Assembly: GCA_963749155.1 (NCBI GenBank)
Contig: CAVVLO010000002.1
Location: 1,472,001 to 1,536,000, forward strand
Direction: 5' to 3'
DNA from: an uncultured Armatimonadia bacterium
Lineage (GTDB): Bacteria > Armatimonadota > Zipacnadia > CAVVLO01
DNA: 64,000 nucleotides
Position 1 is the first letter of the stretch. Every line of letters begins with the position of its first letter. The notes beneath the pieces were generated by a model. The model worked only from the letters and a program-made list of their open reading frames with translations, did no database searches and had not been told where the DNA came from. Positions 42,839 to 51,847 of the stretch are shown here, one piece after another. The translations under genes and the position numbers were made by a program.

Positions 42839-43820
42839 GTGAGCGAAAAAGACCAAGAGACCTCCTCGCCGCCGCTGGAGCGACCTCTCGCCCTGGGTGA
42901 GAGTGCCGGTTGGGTATGGGGCGGGGCTAGGGACGATCGCGCTGCTCTTCCTGCTGGCGGTGGCGATCGCCCGAACGCTGCCGATCCAACAAGGTCCAGT
43001 GCCAGGTGCATATCCGACGATGCGCGACACATACCTGGCCCAGTTGGCTCAGTTCATCGCGGTGCTGGGCCTGACGATCGGGTGCTTCAGCGGCGCCACC
43101 ATCGTGATGGCGCTTACGCACGAGCGCCGGTCGTTGCCCACGTTGCTGTTCGGAGCGCTCTTCCTGACGGTGGGCTTCGCGTACGCGGTCACCAGGCCCC
43201 AGCAACCCTATGGGCACCCCCTCGGCGTGCTGTGGACGGTGGAGCTGACCGCCCTGACGGCTTGGGTGCTGTTCGGCGTGGGCTCGAAGGTCTGGGCCGA
43301 ACGCCAAGAGGCCCGGCTACAGGCTCCTCCACGTTGGCGCTGGTTGCCGGGCTGGATGCGCATGGTCCTCGGCTACTTGGTCGGCTTGGCGCTGATAATA
43401 CCCGCGATCTACCTTGATGCCCTTCTGGCGTTGGGGCCAGGTCACGCCCTGTCAACCGCAGGATTCGGGCTGGTGAAGGCGGACCAGCCTGCTGGGTACC
43501 TGCTGGTCGGGTTAGGCCTAATTCTGCCACGGCTGCTGGTGGCGCCCCTCCTGGCCGCGATCGTCGCGCTGATCGCCGGTGGGCGGGGCGCGCTGCACGG
43601 CTTGCTGTTCGGGCTGATCCCCGCGAGCAATGCATACCCGGGCCTGGTCGGTTACGGCGTAGTTCGCTCCATCGGATCGGCCAAACTGCTGGGGCTCATC
43701 CTGGCCGCCCAGCCGCTAGTTCTGCTGCTCGCCTGCTGGGCCGGCGGCGCGCTGGCGGCGTGGCTTTTTACGAAGCGGAAGGCCAAGGCCGTTCCTGTTG
43801 AAGGTGACACTGATGACTGA
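42839..43820 (+). CDS. hypothetical multi-pass membrane protein (tandem paralogue 1); extra base near 42860
   Basis: Extensive DNA and protein identity with the next gene; about 8 TM. Confidence 0.7.
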
Positions 43821-44754
43821 AACGCAACAAGAGCCTCCTCGCCGCCGTTGGAGCGACCTCTCGCCCTGGGTGAGGGTGCCGGTGGGGTATGGGGCGGCGC
43901 TAGGGACGATCGCGCTACTCTTCCTGCTGGCCGTGGCGATCGCCCGGGCGTTGCAGAGCAATAAGGGTGCAATGCCAGGGGCCTACCTGACGTCTCACGA
44001 CGTCTGGCAAGTGGCCCAGTTCGTGCTGGCGCTCGGACTAGCGGCAGGCTGCTTCGCCGGCGCCGCCGTGGTGCTGAGCCTCGCGGGGGGGCGCTGGTGG
44101 GTGCCCACGCTGGTGTTTGGGGCGGTATTCCTGATAGTGGGCTTTGTGTACGCAGTCACCAGGCCCTCTGAGGTCTACGTGGCCACACAGGTCGGAGGCT
44201 CCACGCGGCTCGCTTGGGACCCCCTCGCCGTGTTATGGGCGGTGGAACTGACCGCTCTGTCCGCCTGGCTGCTGTTCGGCGTGGCCGCGAAGACCTGGGC
44301 GGGGCGAGGCGCCGCGCGGCCACAGACTCCTCCGCGTTGGCGCTGGCTACCCGGCTGGGCACGGGTGGCGTTGGGCTACCTGGTGGGACTGGCGCTGATA
44401 ACACCCGCGATCGGCCCGGTGGCGCTGCTGGTTGCGGGGCTCGGGGACGCGCTGGTTGAGGTAGGTGCGATTCTGCCCAACCTGCTGGTGGCGTCTCTCC
44501 TGGCCGCGATCGTCGCCTGGGTCGCAGGTACAAACGGCGCGGTGCACGGACTGCTCTTCGGCCTGCTCCCGGCGAGCGCCGTGGGGCGGGGGCTGGCAGG
44601 CTACGAGGTAGGCTTCCCCCTGGGGTGGTCGGTCAGCGCCCTGGGACTGATCTTTGCCGCGGAACCGCTGCTCGTGCTGCTGGCCTGCTGGGCCGGCGGC
44701 GCGCTGGCGGCGTGGCTGGCAGGGCGTAAGCAGCTAAAGCCTGCTTCAGGCTAG
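43813..44754 (+). CDS. hypothetical multi-pass membrane protein (tandem paralogue 2)
   Basis: Intact hydrophobic ORF translationally coupled to paralogue 1. Confidence 0.75.
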   Translation: MTETQQEPPRRRWSDLSPWVRVPVGYGAALGTIALLFLLAVAIARALQSNKGAMPGAYLTSHDVWQVAQFVLALGLAAGCFAGAAVVLSLAGGRWWVPTLVFGAVFLIVGFVYAVTRPSEVYVATQVGGSTRLAWDPLAVLWAVELTALSAWLLFGVAAKTWAGRGAARPQTPPRWRWLPGWARVALGYLVGLALITPAIGPVALLVAGLGDALVEVGAILPNLLVASLLAAIVAWVAGTNGAVHGLLFGLLPASAVGRGLAGYEVGFPLGWSVSALGLIFAAEPLLVLLACWAGGALAAWLAGRKQLKPASG

Positions 44755-44822
44755 TAGTGGCCCTTCGAGGTGGCTTAATATACTGTTGCTCATTATTAAT
44801 AATATTTAACCTTGCAAAGCTA

Positions 44823-44896
44823 GTGACAAAGCTGGGGCGGGGGGGATAGACTGTTAAGTGAAGCAAAGTTCTGGCAGTGTTGGAGGTCGCACGATG
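44823..44896 (+). promoter_or_regulatory. cassette 1 promoter/leader with G7 tract in the spacer
   Basis: GTGACA-18-TAGACT then gttaagtgaagcaaagtt...ttggaggtcgcacgATG, homologous to 49309-49382. Confidence 0.6.
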
Positions 44897-45522
44897 ACCC
44901 AAGCCCAGAGTCTTTGGAAAGAACGCCTCCCCCTGTGGCGATTCAGCCTGCTGCTCGCTCTGCTTATTGTTTCTCTCATCGTATTCGCGCGCGTCTCCAA
45001 GGCCACTCCAGTGAACCCCCTGTTCAAGCTTAAGCAATTCGTGCTGGAGCAGCAGCAGCAGCACCAGCAGAAGCTGGACCTCGAGCGCGACCCCCTTCCT
45101 GGCCAGCCAAGGCCCGAAGGCCTGACCCAGTGGCTCGCGCAGCAGGGGCTCGCGGGCAAGCCGCTGGCGCTGCTGATGACAGGCTCCTGCAGCGAGTGCG
45201 CCACAAGCTATCTCAAGGCCTGGAGCGACTTCGCAGCGCTGCCCGGGCGCCGGCTGTGGTGGTCTTCGCGGCCAGTGAAGAAGCCCAGGTCGAGGTTTTC
45301 CTCGCAAAACACCCTGAGATCAACCTGAAGCTGAAGGCGGCGCCATATCCGGGGCTGGAGAAGGAGCTCAACGCCCTCTTCCGGCCCCGCGCCTACTACT
45401 ACGGGGCAGATGGCGCGCTGGGGTGGCTTCAGGGCGACCACACCGACCCCTGGGCGACGCTGGCAGAACTGAAGGAACGGCTCGGACTGGCCGGGGAGGG
45501 CAAGACTAATGCGCAGAATTAG
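44894..45522 (+). CDS. membrane-anchored thioredoxin-fold (TlpA/redoxin-like) CxxC protein, cassette 1; frameshift near 45250
   Basis: N-terminal TM, GKPLALLMTGSCSEC, cis-Pro-like FRPRAYYY..DG; the paralogue at 49380 is intact. Confidence 0.7.
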
Positions 45523-46215
45523 AGGTTTCACCCTTATCGAATTGTTAATCGTGATGGCCATCCTGACCCTGCTGGCGGGCATCCTGTTCACCGTCTTCGC
45601 CGGCGCGAAGGAGAAAGCCCGTCAGACCCACTGTATGAATAACCTCAAGCAGCTCGGGGCCGCGATACTGCTATATAGGCAGGATTATGATGGGGGCTGG
45701 CCGGACGATGCGAAGGCCGTCTACCCGGCCATGTTTCAAGCAAAGAGGTCTTCGCGTGCCCCGACGATGGGGCAACTCGCAGTTTGCGACAGACAGCGGA
45801 GACTATTGGGGGGGTGTATTCGTCCTACGGCAGGTGTGGGGGAGACTTTCTGGGAATACTCTCGGGACGAAGCTTGCGAGTCGCTGCCACACCAGCTCTA
45901 GACTGTGTTGCTCGCGCCTGTTTCCTCGCAGAGAGGCATTTTGCTGACAGGTACCCGTTACTGCGCTGCTACAACCACCTCTTCCCGGGGAGTGATTGCG
46001 GCTCGAGGGAATTCGACAGGTTACGTGAAGCAACCGAACCGAGTGGGATTGTGCCCACTCTCCTACAAGATGGCAGTGTAAAGTTTGAGATAGCACCCTC
46101 ACCCTACGGATCCAATCCCCTGGCGGGACACGTGGCAGCCCACATTACATCAAAAGAGTGGCTCGATGTACTGGACTATTACAAGCAGCAGCTTGGGTGT
46201 GAAGAGGAGGATTGA
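45509..46215 (+). CDS. type IV pilin-like (class III signal) protein 1; frameshift near 45730
   Basis: RIRG|FTLIELL, AKEKARQTHCMNNLKQ, CPDD, CYNHLFPG, LQDGSV, KQQLGCEEED. Confidence 0.8.
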
Positions 46216-47114
46216 GATGGCAAAGCGAGGTTTCACCCTTATTGAGCTGCTGATAGTGATGGCCATCTTGACCCTGCTGGCGGGCATACTGTTCACTGTC
46301 TTCGCCGGCGCGAAGGAGAAAGCCCGCCAGACCCACTGTATGAACAACCTCAAGCAGCTTGGGGCAGCCATCCTGCTGTATAAGCAGGATTACGACGGGG
46401 GGTGGCCGGAGATCGCATGGCAGACCTATCCTCAGTATGTTAGCGACAAAGCGCTCTTTGTCTGCCCAGATGACGGCACAGCATCCAGCATCCGGAAGTC
46501 CTTCGAAACTCGGTATGGCGCCTATGAATCGTATGCAAGAGGTGGCGGTGATTTCCTCTACATACTCTCCGGAAGGGGTCTCCGGTCAGCGGCCATCCCA
46601 GGAACGAGCTGCTCATCACAGGCCATATTCTTGGCCGAGTGGCATTTTCGTGACAGATACCCGGTGCTCAGGTGTTTGAGTCATCTCTTCCCGGGTAGTG
46701 ACTGTGACTCGCGTGCGTTCGACAAGCTGATGGACGCAGCGGAAGTACGGGGCGTGATACCGACGCTTGCGCAGGATGGGAGCGTTGCATTGGAAGTCGT
46801 GCCGTCTGGCTATGGGCCGAACCCGCTGGCAGGGCATGCAGCCGCGCACCTGATGACCAAGGAATGGGCGGATGTGCTGAGAAGCTACAAGAAGCAGCTT
46901 GGGTGTGAAGAGGAGGATTGAGATGGCAAAGCGAGGTTTCACCCTTATCGAGTTGCTGATTGTGATGGCCATCTTGACCCTGCTGGCGGGCATCTCTGTT
47001 CACTGTCTTCGCTGGCGCGAAGGAGAAAGCCCGCCAGACCCACTGTATGAATAACCTGAAACAGCTCGGCGCGGCGATATTGCTATATAAGCAGGACTAC
47101 GATGGGGGGTGGCC
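46181..47114 (+). repeat. about 230-bp near-identical direct repeat (46181-46407 and 46887-47114) spanning pilin gene junctions
   Basis: Both copies contain gcagcttgggtgtgaagaggaggattgagatggcaaagcgaggtttcacccttat...; differences are mostly synonymous. Confidence 0.9.
46217..46921 (+). CDS. type IV pilin-like protein 2
   Basis: MAKRG|FTLIELL, intact ORF, same motifs as protein 1. Confidence 0.88.
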   Translation: MAKRGFTLIELLIVMAILTLLAGILFTVFAGAKEKARQTHCMNNLKQLGAAILLYKQDYDGGWPEIAWQTYPQYVSDKALFVCPDDGTASSIRKSFETRYGAYESYARGGGDFLYILSGRGLRSAAIPGTSCSSQAIFLAEWHFRDRYPVLRCLSHLFPGSDCDSRAFDKLMDAAEVRGVIPTLAQDGSVALEVVPSGYGPNPLAGHAAAHLMTKEWADVLRSYKKQLGCEEED

Positions 47115-47631
47115 TAAGGATCTGGCCCGGATATACCCGCATTATGTGAACAGCTCTGCAGTGTTCGTATGCCCTGACGCGGTTGCGACTGCTGAGGAGC
47201 GAGAAGCTGCCCACCGCAGGAAGGGACTCTTCGTGTCGTATGAGCGCCTTGGGGGCTCCGCCTTGGGTGCGCTGTCCGGCGAGCAACTTGACCGGGTTCT
47301 TCGAACTCCTCAGTCGAGCTGTCTGGACAAGGTCGTCGCCTATGTGACGAACGATGTCGCCAGCAGGCTCCCGGTCCTGTGGTGCGTGGATCACCTGCTC
47401 CCTGGCGAGAACTGCATGCGCACAGGCTTCAGGGAGCGCGTGCTCGAGAACAACATGCGGGGGGTGATGCCGACACTTGAGCAGGATGGGAGCGTGATAG
47501 TAGTGGCAGTGCCGACGCGGTACGATCCCAACCCCTTCGCGTTCAACGCGATGGCTAGAATGACAGGGCACGAGTGGCAGCGCTTAGTCGACTCGTGGAA
47601 AAAGCAGCTTGGTTGTGAGGACGAGCAGTAA
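46923..47631 (+). CDS. type IV pilin-like protein 3; extra base near 46995
   Basis: Same N-terminus as protein 2; CVDHLLPG, EQDGSV, KKQLGCEDEQ. Confidence 0.82.
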
Positions 47632-47655
47632 GCTTGCGAATTGGAGGTGAGACAA

Positions 47656-47994
47656 GTGAGAAGACTGTCTGTTGCAATAATGCTGTGGTTAGTCCTTCTG
47701 GCGCTGGTGTTGGGCGTGCTCGCGCAGCTTGTGCTTGCGGACGACTGCAGCGGCGAGCATCAGTACTGCGGATCCTGGTACGACACGTGCTGCGCGAGGG
47801 GCTGCACGGACGTGACACTGGGAGCATGGCAGTGGGACTATTGTTACGAGCTATACATCCAGGTCGGCCCGATGTGGTATCCAGGCGCCTGCACCAGGTA
47901 CAAGAAAACCGCGGAATACTACAACTGCCCGGACGGTGAGCCGCCCTGCACTCTCACAAAGTGGGAGTTCGAGATCTGGGGAGAGTGCGACTGA
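47656..47994 (+). CDS. small secreted Cys/Trp/Tyr-rich protein (10 Cys in an 84-aa mature part)
   Basis: GGAGGTG RBS, GTG start, Sec signal ending VLA|DDC. Confidence 0.78.
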   Translation: MRRLSVAIMLWLVLLALVLGVLAQLVLADDCSGEHQYCGSWYDTCCARGCTDVTLGAWQWDYCYELYIQVGPMWYPGACTRYKKTAEYYNCPDGEPPCTLTKWEFEIWGECD

Positions 47995-48008
47995 GCCTCA
48001 AAACAAGA

Positions 48009-48035
48009 GCAGGGGCAAGTTGCCCCTGCACCCCC
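48009..48035. repeat. REP-like palindrome / possible bidirectional terminator
   Basis: gcaggggcaa-g-ttgcccctgc-acccc; similar element at 57160-57181. Confidence 0.5.
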
Positions 48036-48062
48036 GGAAGGTCGAACTGACTCAGCTTGGTA

Positions 48063-49124
48063 CTAAGTCTCCCCGAACTGTTTGAGGCCCGCGTAGCGCT
48101 TCTTGATATGTCCAAGGCGCTCGCGGATGGGCAGGTTGTAGGGGCATTTCTCCTCGCACTGGCCGCAGTCGGAGCAGTCCTCGGCTTTCTTCTCCAGCGC
48201 CCCGTATTCGCTCAGGAAGTAGGGCCACTCGTAGCCGTAGGCCCGGATGCGGTCGTAGAGCTGCATAATCGCGGCCACGTCCAGCCCCTCGGGGCAGTCA
48301 CGGCAATAGCCGCAGTTGCGGCAGATGGTCTCGCCCATCCAGGTGGCGCGGTCGAGGGCTTCTTTCAGCTCTTCCTCGGTGAGCTTGCGGAAGGTGTTGG
48401 AGGCCTCGAGGGCCTGATCGATGTCACGTTTGCAGTTGGCGCCCGCGAGCGCCACGTTGATATTCTTGTTGGCCAGCACAAACCACCAGGCATGCAGAGG
48501 ACTGACCGCGTGGTCCGCATCGCGGAAGAACATCCCGCCTGAGAGCGGCTTCATCGCGATGAAGGCCATATCGCGCTTGCGCGCCTCGGGGATAACTTCC
48601 AGCTCCGCGTCGTGGATGGCGAGGTTGTAGGTCGCCAGCACCGAGGAGAACTCTTCCAGCCGGATGCACTTGAGGAGGGTGGCGTTATCGTGGCCCGTCA
48701 CGCCCAGGTGCCGCACGACGCCCTGGTCCTTCATCCGCCTGAAAGCCGCCATCGCGCCGTTTGCGGCGGTGACCATCGAGAAGCGCTCGGGCGTCGAGAT
48801 ATCATGAAGCTGCCAGACGTCTAGATAATCGGTATTGAGGGCCGTAAGGCTCTCCTGCAGCTCGCGCATCGCCCCGTCATAGTCGCGGGCCATCGTTTTA
48901 GTGGCCAGCACGACTCGGCCCCTGCGACCTTCGATGGCAGCGCCGATCTTGGCCTCGCTGTCCCCGTAGGCGCGCGCGGTGTCGAGATACTCGATTCCCT
49001 TGTCCAGGGCGTAACTGACCACCTCGACGGCCTCATCGAAGCCCATCTGGATGATCGGGATGCCCCCGAAGCCAATCTCCGCCAGGTATTTGCCGGTCGG
49101 TTCGTGAACACGTTGCTTGAGCAA
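48063..49124 (-). CDS. aldo/keto reductase with C-terminal 4Fe-4S dicluster
   Basis: GFGGIPI, DTARAYGDSE, LATK, D..QLH, AMKPLSGG, CRNCGYC.DCP, CSDCGQCEEKCP. Confidence 0.93.
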   Translation of the reverse strand: MLKQRVHEPTGKYLAEIGFGGIPIIQMGFDEAVEVVSYALDKGIEYLDTARAYGDSEAKIGAAIEGRRGRVVLATKTMARDYDGAMRELQESLTALNTDYLDVWQLHDISTPERFSMVTAANGAMAAFRRMKDQGVVRHLGVTGHDNATLLKCIRLEEFSSVLATYNLAIHDAELEVIPEARKRDMAFIAMKPLSGGMFFRDADHAVSPLHAWWFVLANKNINVALAGANCKRDIDQALEASNTFRKLTEEELKEALDRATWMGETICRNCGYCRDCPEGLDVAAIMQLYDRIRAYGYEWPYFLSEYGALEKKAEDCSDCGQCEEKCPYNLPIRERLGHIKKRYAGLKQFGET

Positions 49125-49308
49125 GGTCGCTCCCCCCCAGAGGCTGCGCGAATCTTCCAGGTCACATCTTCTGCCTGGGAAGAGGGCTTCCTGCTAGTGA
49201 AATAGAGGACCTTGTCGGCAGTGGGAAGGGGCTTTCGATGGCCAGGTATTGGTTCGAGTGTTAATATGGATTTAGCGGGTATTGATGCCACTCAACCTCC
49301 TTAAGGGC

Positions 49309-49382
49309 TTGACAAAGTTGGGAGGGGGGGGGCTATATTGTTAAGTGAAGCAAAGTTTCTCAGCTTTGGAGGTCGCACGATG
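49309..49382 (+). promoter_or_regulatory. cassette 2 promoter/leader with G9 tract in the spacer
   Basis: TTGACA-19-TATATT, then the same leader as cassette 1. Confidence 0.62.
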
Positions 49383-50093
49383 ACCAGGTTCCAGGGCCTT
49401 TGGAAGCCAAGCATCCCCGTCTGGCGATTCAGCCTGCTGCTCGTGCTGTTCCTGCTCTCCTTCATCATTTTTACGAACGTTTCGCAAGCTAACCCCACCA
49501 ACCCCGTCGCGAAGCTCAAGCTGCTGCTGGGCGACAGGTACGAGCAAAACCGGATAGAAGCCCGACTCGCGGAGGATCCCAAGACCGGCCAAAAAGCGCC
49601 GCTGCAGCTCACCAAGTGGCTGGAAAAGCAGGGACTGGCGGGTAAGCCCGTGGCTGTGCTGATGATCGGCGCTTGCAGCGAGTGCGCCGCAAGTTACCTC
49701 AAGGCCTGGAGCGACTTCGCCGCGAAGCCGGGCGCGCCGGCGGTGGTAGTGTTCACACTTGGGGAGGAAGCCCAGGTGAAGGCCTTCCGCGCCAGGCATC
49801 CGGAAGTGAAGCTGACGCTGGCCCCCGAGCCTGAGGGCTATGTCCCTGACCCCAGTGCTGCGTTTGCTGCGCGCTTGGGGGCCAAGCCTTTCACCTGGAA
49901 ACCGCGCATCCAGCCCTATCAGGGAATCGGCAAGGACCTAAACGCGGTGTTCAGGCCACGCCTCTATTATTATGAGACAGACCGGGCGCTCGAGTGGCTT
50001 CAGCCGCGACAGGAAGCCCCCCAAGTGACGCTTGAGGGCTTCGAGCAGCACCTTGGGCTGGGTAAGGAGGGAGCGGCAGATGCGCAAGATTAG
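49380..50093 (+). CDS. membrane-anchored thioredoxin-fold CxxC protein, cassette 2
   Basis: TM anchor, GKPVAVLMIGACSECAASYLKAWSDF, FRPRLYYY. Confidence 0.75.
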   Translation: MTRFQGLWKPSIPVWRFSLLLVLFLLSFIIFTNVSQANPTNPVAKLKLLLGDRYEQNRIEARLAEDPKTGQKAPLQLTKWLEKQGLAGKPVAVLMIGACSECAASYLKAWSDFAAKPGAPAVVVFTLGEEAQVKAFRARHPEVKLTLAPEPEGYVPDPSAAFAARLGAKPFTWKPRIQPYQGIGKDLNAVFRPRLYYYETDRALEWLQPRQEAPQVTLEGFEQHLGLGKEGAADAQD

Positions 50094-50799
50094 AGGATTC
50101 ACCTTGGTTGAGTTGCTTATCGTGATAGGCATCCTCGCGTTGCTGGCGGGCATCCTGTTCAGCGTCTTTGGCGGGGCCAAGGAGAAAGCCCGTCAGGCCC
50201 AGTGCCTCAGCAACCTCAAGCAGATCGGTATGGCGGCGTTGCTCTACAAGCAGGATTTCGACGGCGAGTTCCCCCTCCGGATGGAGGCGCTCTTCCCCTC
50301 CTATGTCTCGTCCGCGGCGGTCTTCGTCTGCCCTGACGATGCCTCGTCGGGGGAGTGGCGCGAGAAGCTGGCCAAGGTACGCGGGGTTTACACCTCCTAT
50401 ACCCAGTTCGTGGACCCGCTGTATCAGATGAGCGGCCAAATCAGGCTGCGGCCAGAGGCGACCTGCAGCGAGCTCGCCTTCCAGTCGGCCCTCCGCAAGC
50501 TGTGGCCGAAGCTGCCGATCGCCACCTGCTGGGGCCACCTGCTGCCTGGGCGCTATTACGACGCCTATGGACCCGGGATGTTCGAGTTCCAGCAGGCTCT
50601 GCTGTTAAACGACACACCGTCGGTAATGCCCAGAGTTGAGCAGGATGGCAGTTGCAGGTTTATGAAGGTGCCGCAGGAGTGCGCCTATATTGATGTCATC
50701 ACCCCGTACGGCATCGCAGGGGTCACCTTTCACGACTTTAGGGTGCTGGTGCGGGAAGAGACTGCGGCGTTATGTGACGGCGAAAGCGATGGCGGTTAA
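50080..50799 (+). CDS. type IV pilin-like protein 4
   Basis: MRKIRG|FTLVELL, CLSNLKQIG, VCPDD, CWGHLLPG, EQDGSC. Confidence 0.88.
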   Translation: MRKIRGFTLVELLIVIGILALLAGILFSVFGGAKEKARQAQCLSNLKQIGMAALLYKQDFDGEFPLRMEALFPSYVSSAAVFVCPDDASSGEWREKLAKVRGVYTSYTQFVDPLYQMSGQIRLRPEATCSELAFQSALRKLWPKLPIATCWGHLLPGRYYDAYGPGMFEFQQALLLNDTPSVMPRVEQDGSCRFMKVPQECAYIDVITPYGIAGVTFHDFRVLVREETAALCDGESDGG

Positions 50800-51550
50800 A
50801 GGCGGACGGACCGGCCTGGCCCTGGTCGAGTGGCTGTTAGTGGTTGCCCTTCTCGTGCTGCTGGTCGGCACAGTCTACAGCCTGGCTGGTGGCGCCAGGG
50901 AGAAGCGCGCGCCAGTCGCAGTGCCTCGGCAACCTGGGGCAGATCGGCGCCGCGGCGCTGCTCTACAAAGCGGACTGGGATGGCCATCTGCCAGCTCAAC
51001 TGGAGGCACTCTTTCCGCAGTATGTCGCCTCGGAGTCAGTGTTCGTCTGCCCCAGCGATGTCGCGCCAGAGGGCTGGCGAACCGAGCTCCGGGAAGTGCG
51101 AGGCGTCTACACTTCCTATACCCAGTTTTCAGATGAGCGTTTCTGTCTAGGGGAGGGTGTGCGCATCTCACCAAGCATGCCCTATCAGCAGCTTGCCCAG
51201 GATTATGCTGTACAAGAGATCATGCCCAGGCTACCCATCGCCACCTGTTGGAGCCACCTGCTGCCGGGGCGCTATTACAACCCCTACGACCTAAAGCTGC
51301 AGACCTTCCAGAGAACACTATGGCGCTGCCGAACCCCTTCGGTTATGCCACGAGTGGATCAGGACGGGAGTTGCCGGTCTGATGAGGGTCCCCGAGGAAT
51401 GCCAGTATACCGCTGTCGTTGCGCTCTATGGCTGGGCGGAGATGGACCACCTGGCGTTTGACGCCTTGGTGAGGGAGAAGGTCAAGAACAGGGTCAAGTC
51501 TGGCGCGCGGACCGAGTCGGACCACAAGGGAGGTGATAACTTAAATGAGA
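50789..51550 (+). CDS. type IV pilin-like protein 5 (minor-pilin-like G|LALVE); frameshifts near 50905 and 51378; 3' end uncertain
   Basis: RTG|LALVEWL, ARQSQCLGNLGQIG, VCPSD, CWSHLLPG, DQDGSC. Confidence 0.65.
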
Positions 51551-51847
51551 CTAGTGAACAGGAAGAGATACCTGTCGCTGTGCCTTGCGCTGGCAGTTGT
51601 CGCGGTTGTGGCATTGGGGCTACTAGGCGTCGCAGCCATAGTTTGGGCGGACGTTTGTCCACCGTTCGAGAGCGACTGTGCGGAGCGAGACTGCACGGTG
51701 CTACTCAACCCGCCGCCACTACTCTGGGAAACGTTCTGTGAGGATCAGGTTAGGTCTCTCTGCACTCGCCTTCGCTCGACGTGTATACACAGCCTTGGGA
51801 GATATGTATGCGAAGTAAGGCCGACTTGGCCCTGGTCGAGTGGCTAG
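51545..51847 (+). CDS. small secreted Cys-rich protein, cassette 2
   Basis: GGAGGTGA RBS, signal peptide ending VWA|DVC, 7 Cys in the mature part. Confidence 0.7.
   Translation: MRLVNRKRYLSLCLALAVVAVVALGLLGVAAIVWADVCPPFESDCAERDCTVLLNPPPLLWETFCEDQVRSLCTRLRSTCIHSLGRYVCEVRPTWPWSSG

Noticed and set aside
45050..45070. CAG run encoding QQQQHQQ in redoxin 1
   Set aside because: Short, in-frame and interrupted; no evidence of a switch
47656..47994. Ranthipeptide, sactipeptide or lanthipeptide precursor
   Set aside because: It has a Sec-type signal peptide and no radical SAM or Lan enzyme nearby; disulfide bonding is more parsimonious
51551..51741. Read-through tail of pilin 5 overlapping the Cys-rich gene
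   Set aside because: The paralogue ends shortly after the equivalent position and a strong RBS precedes 51545; probably an indel artefact
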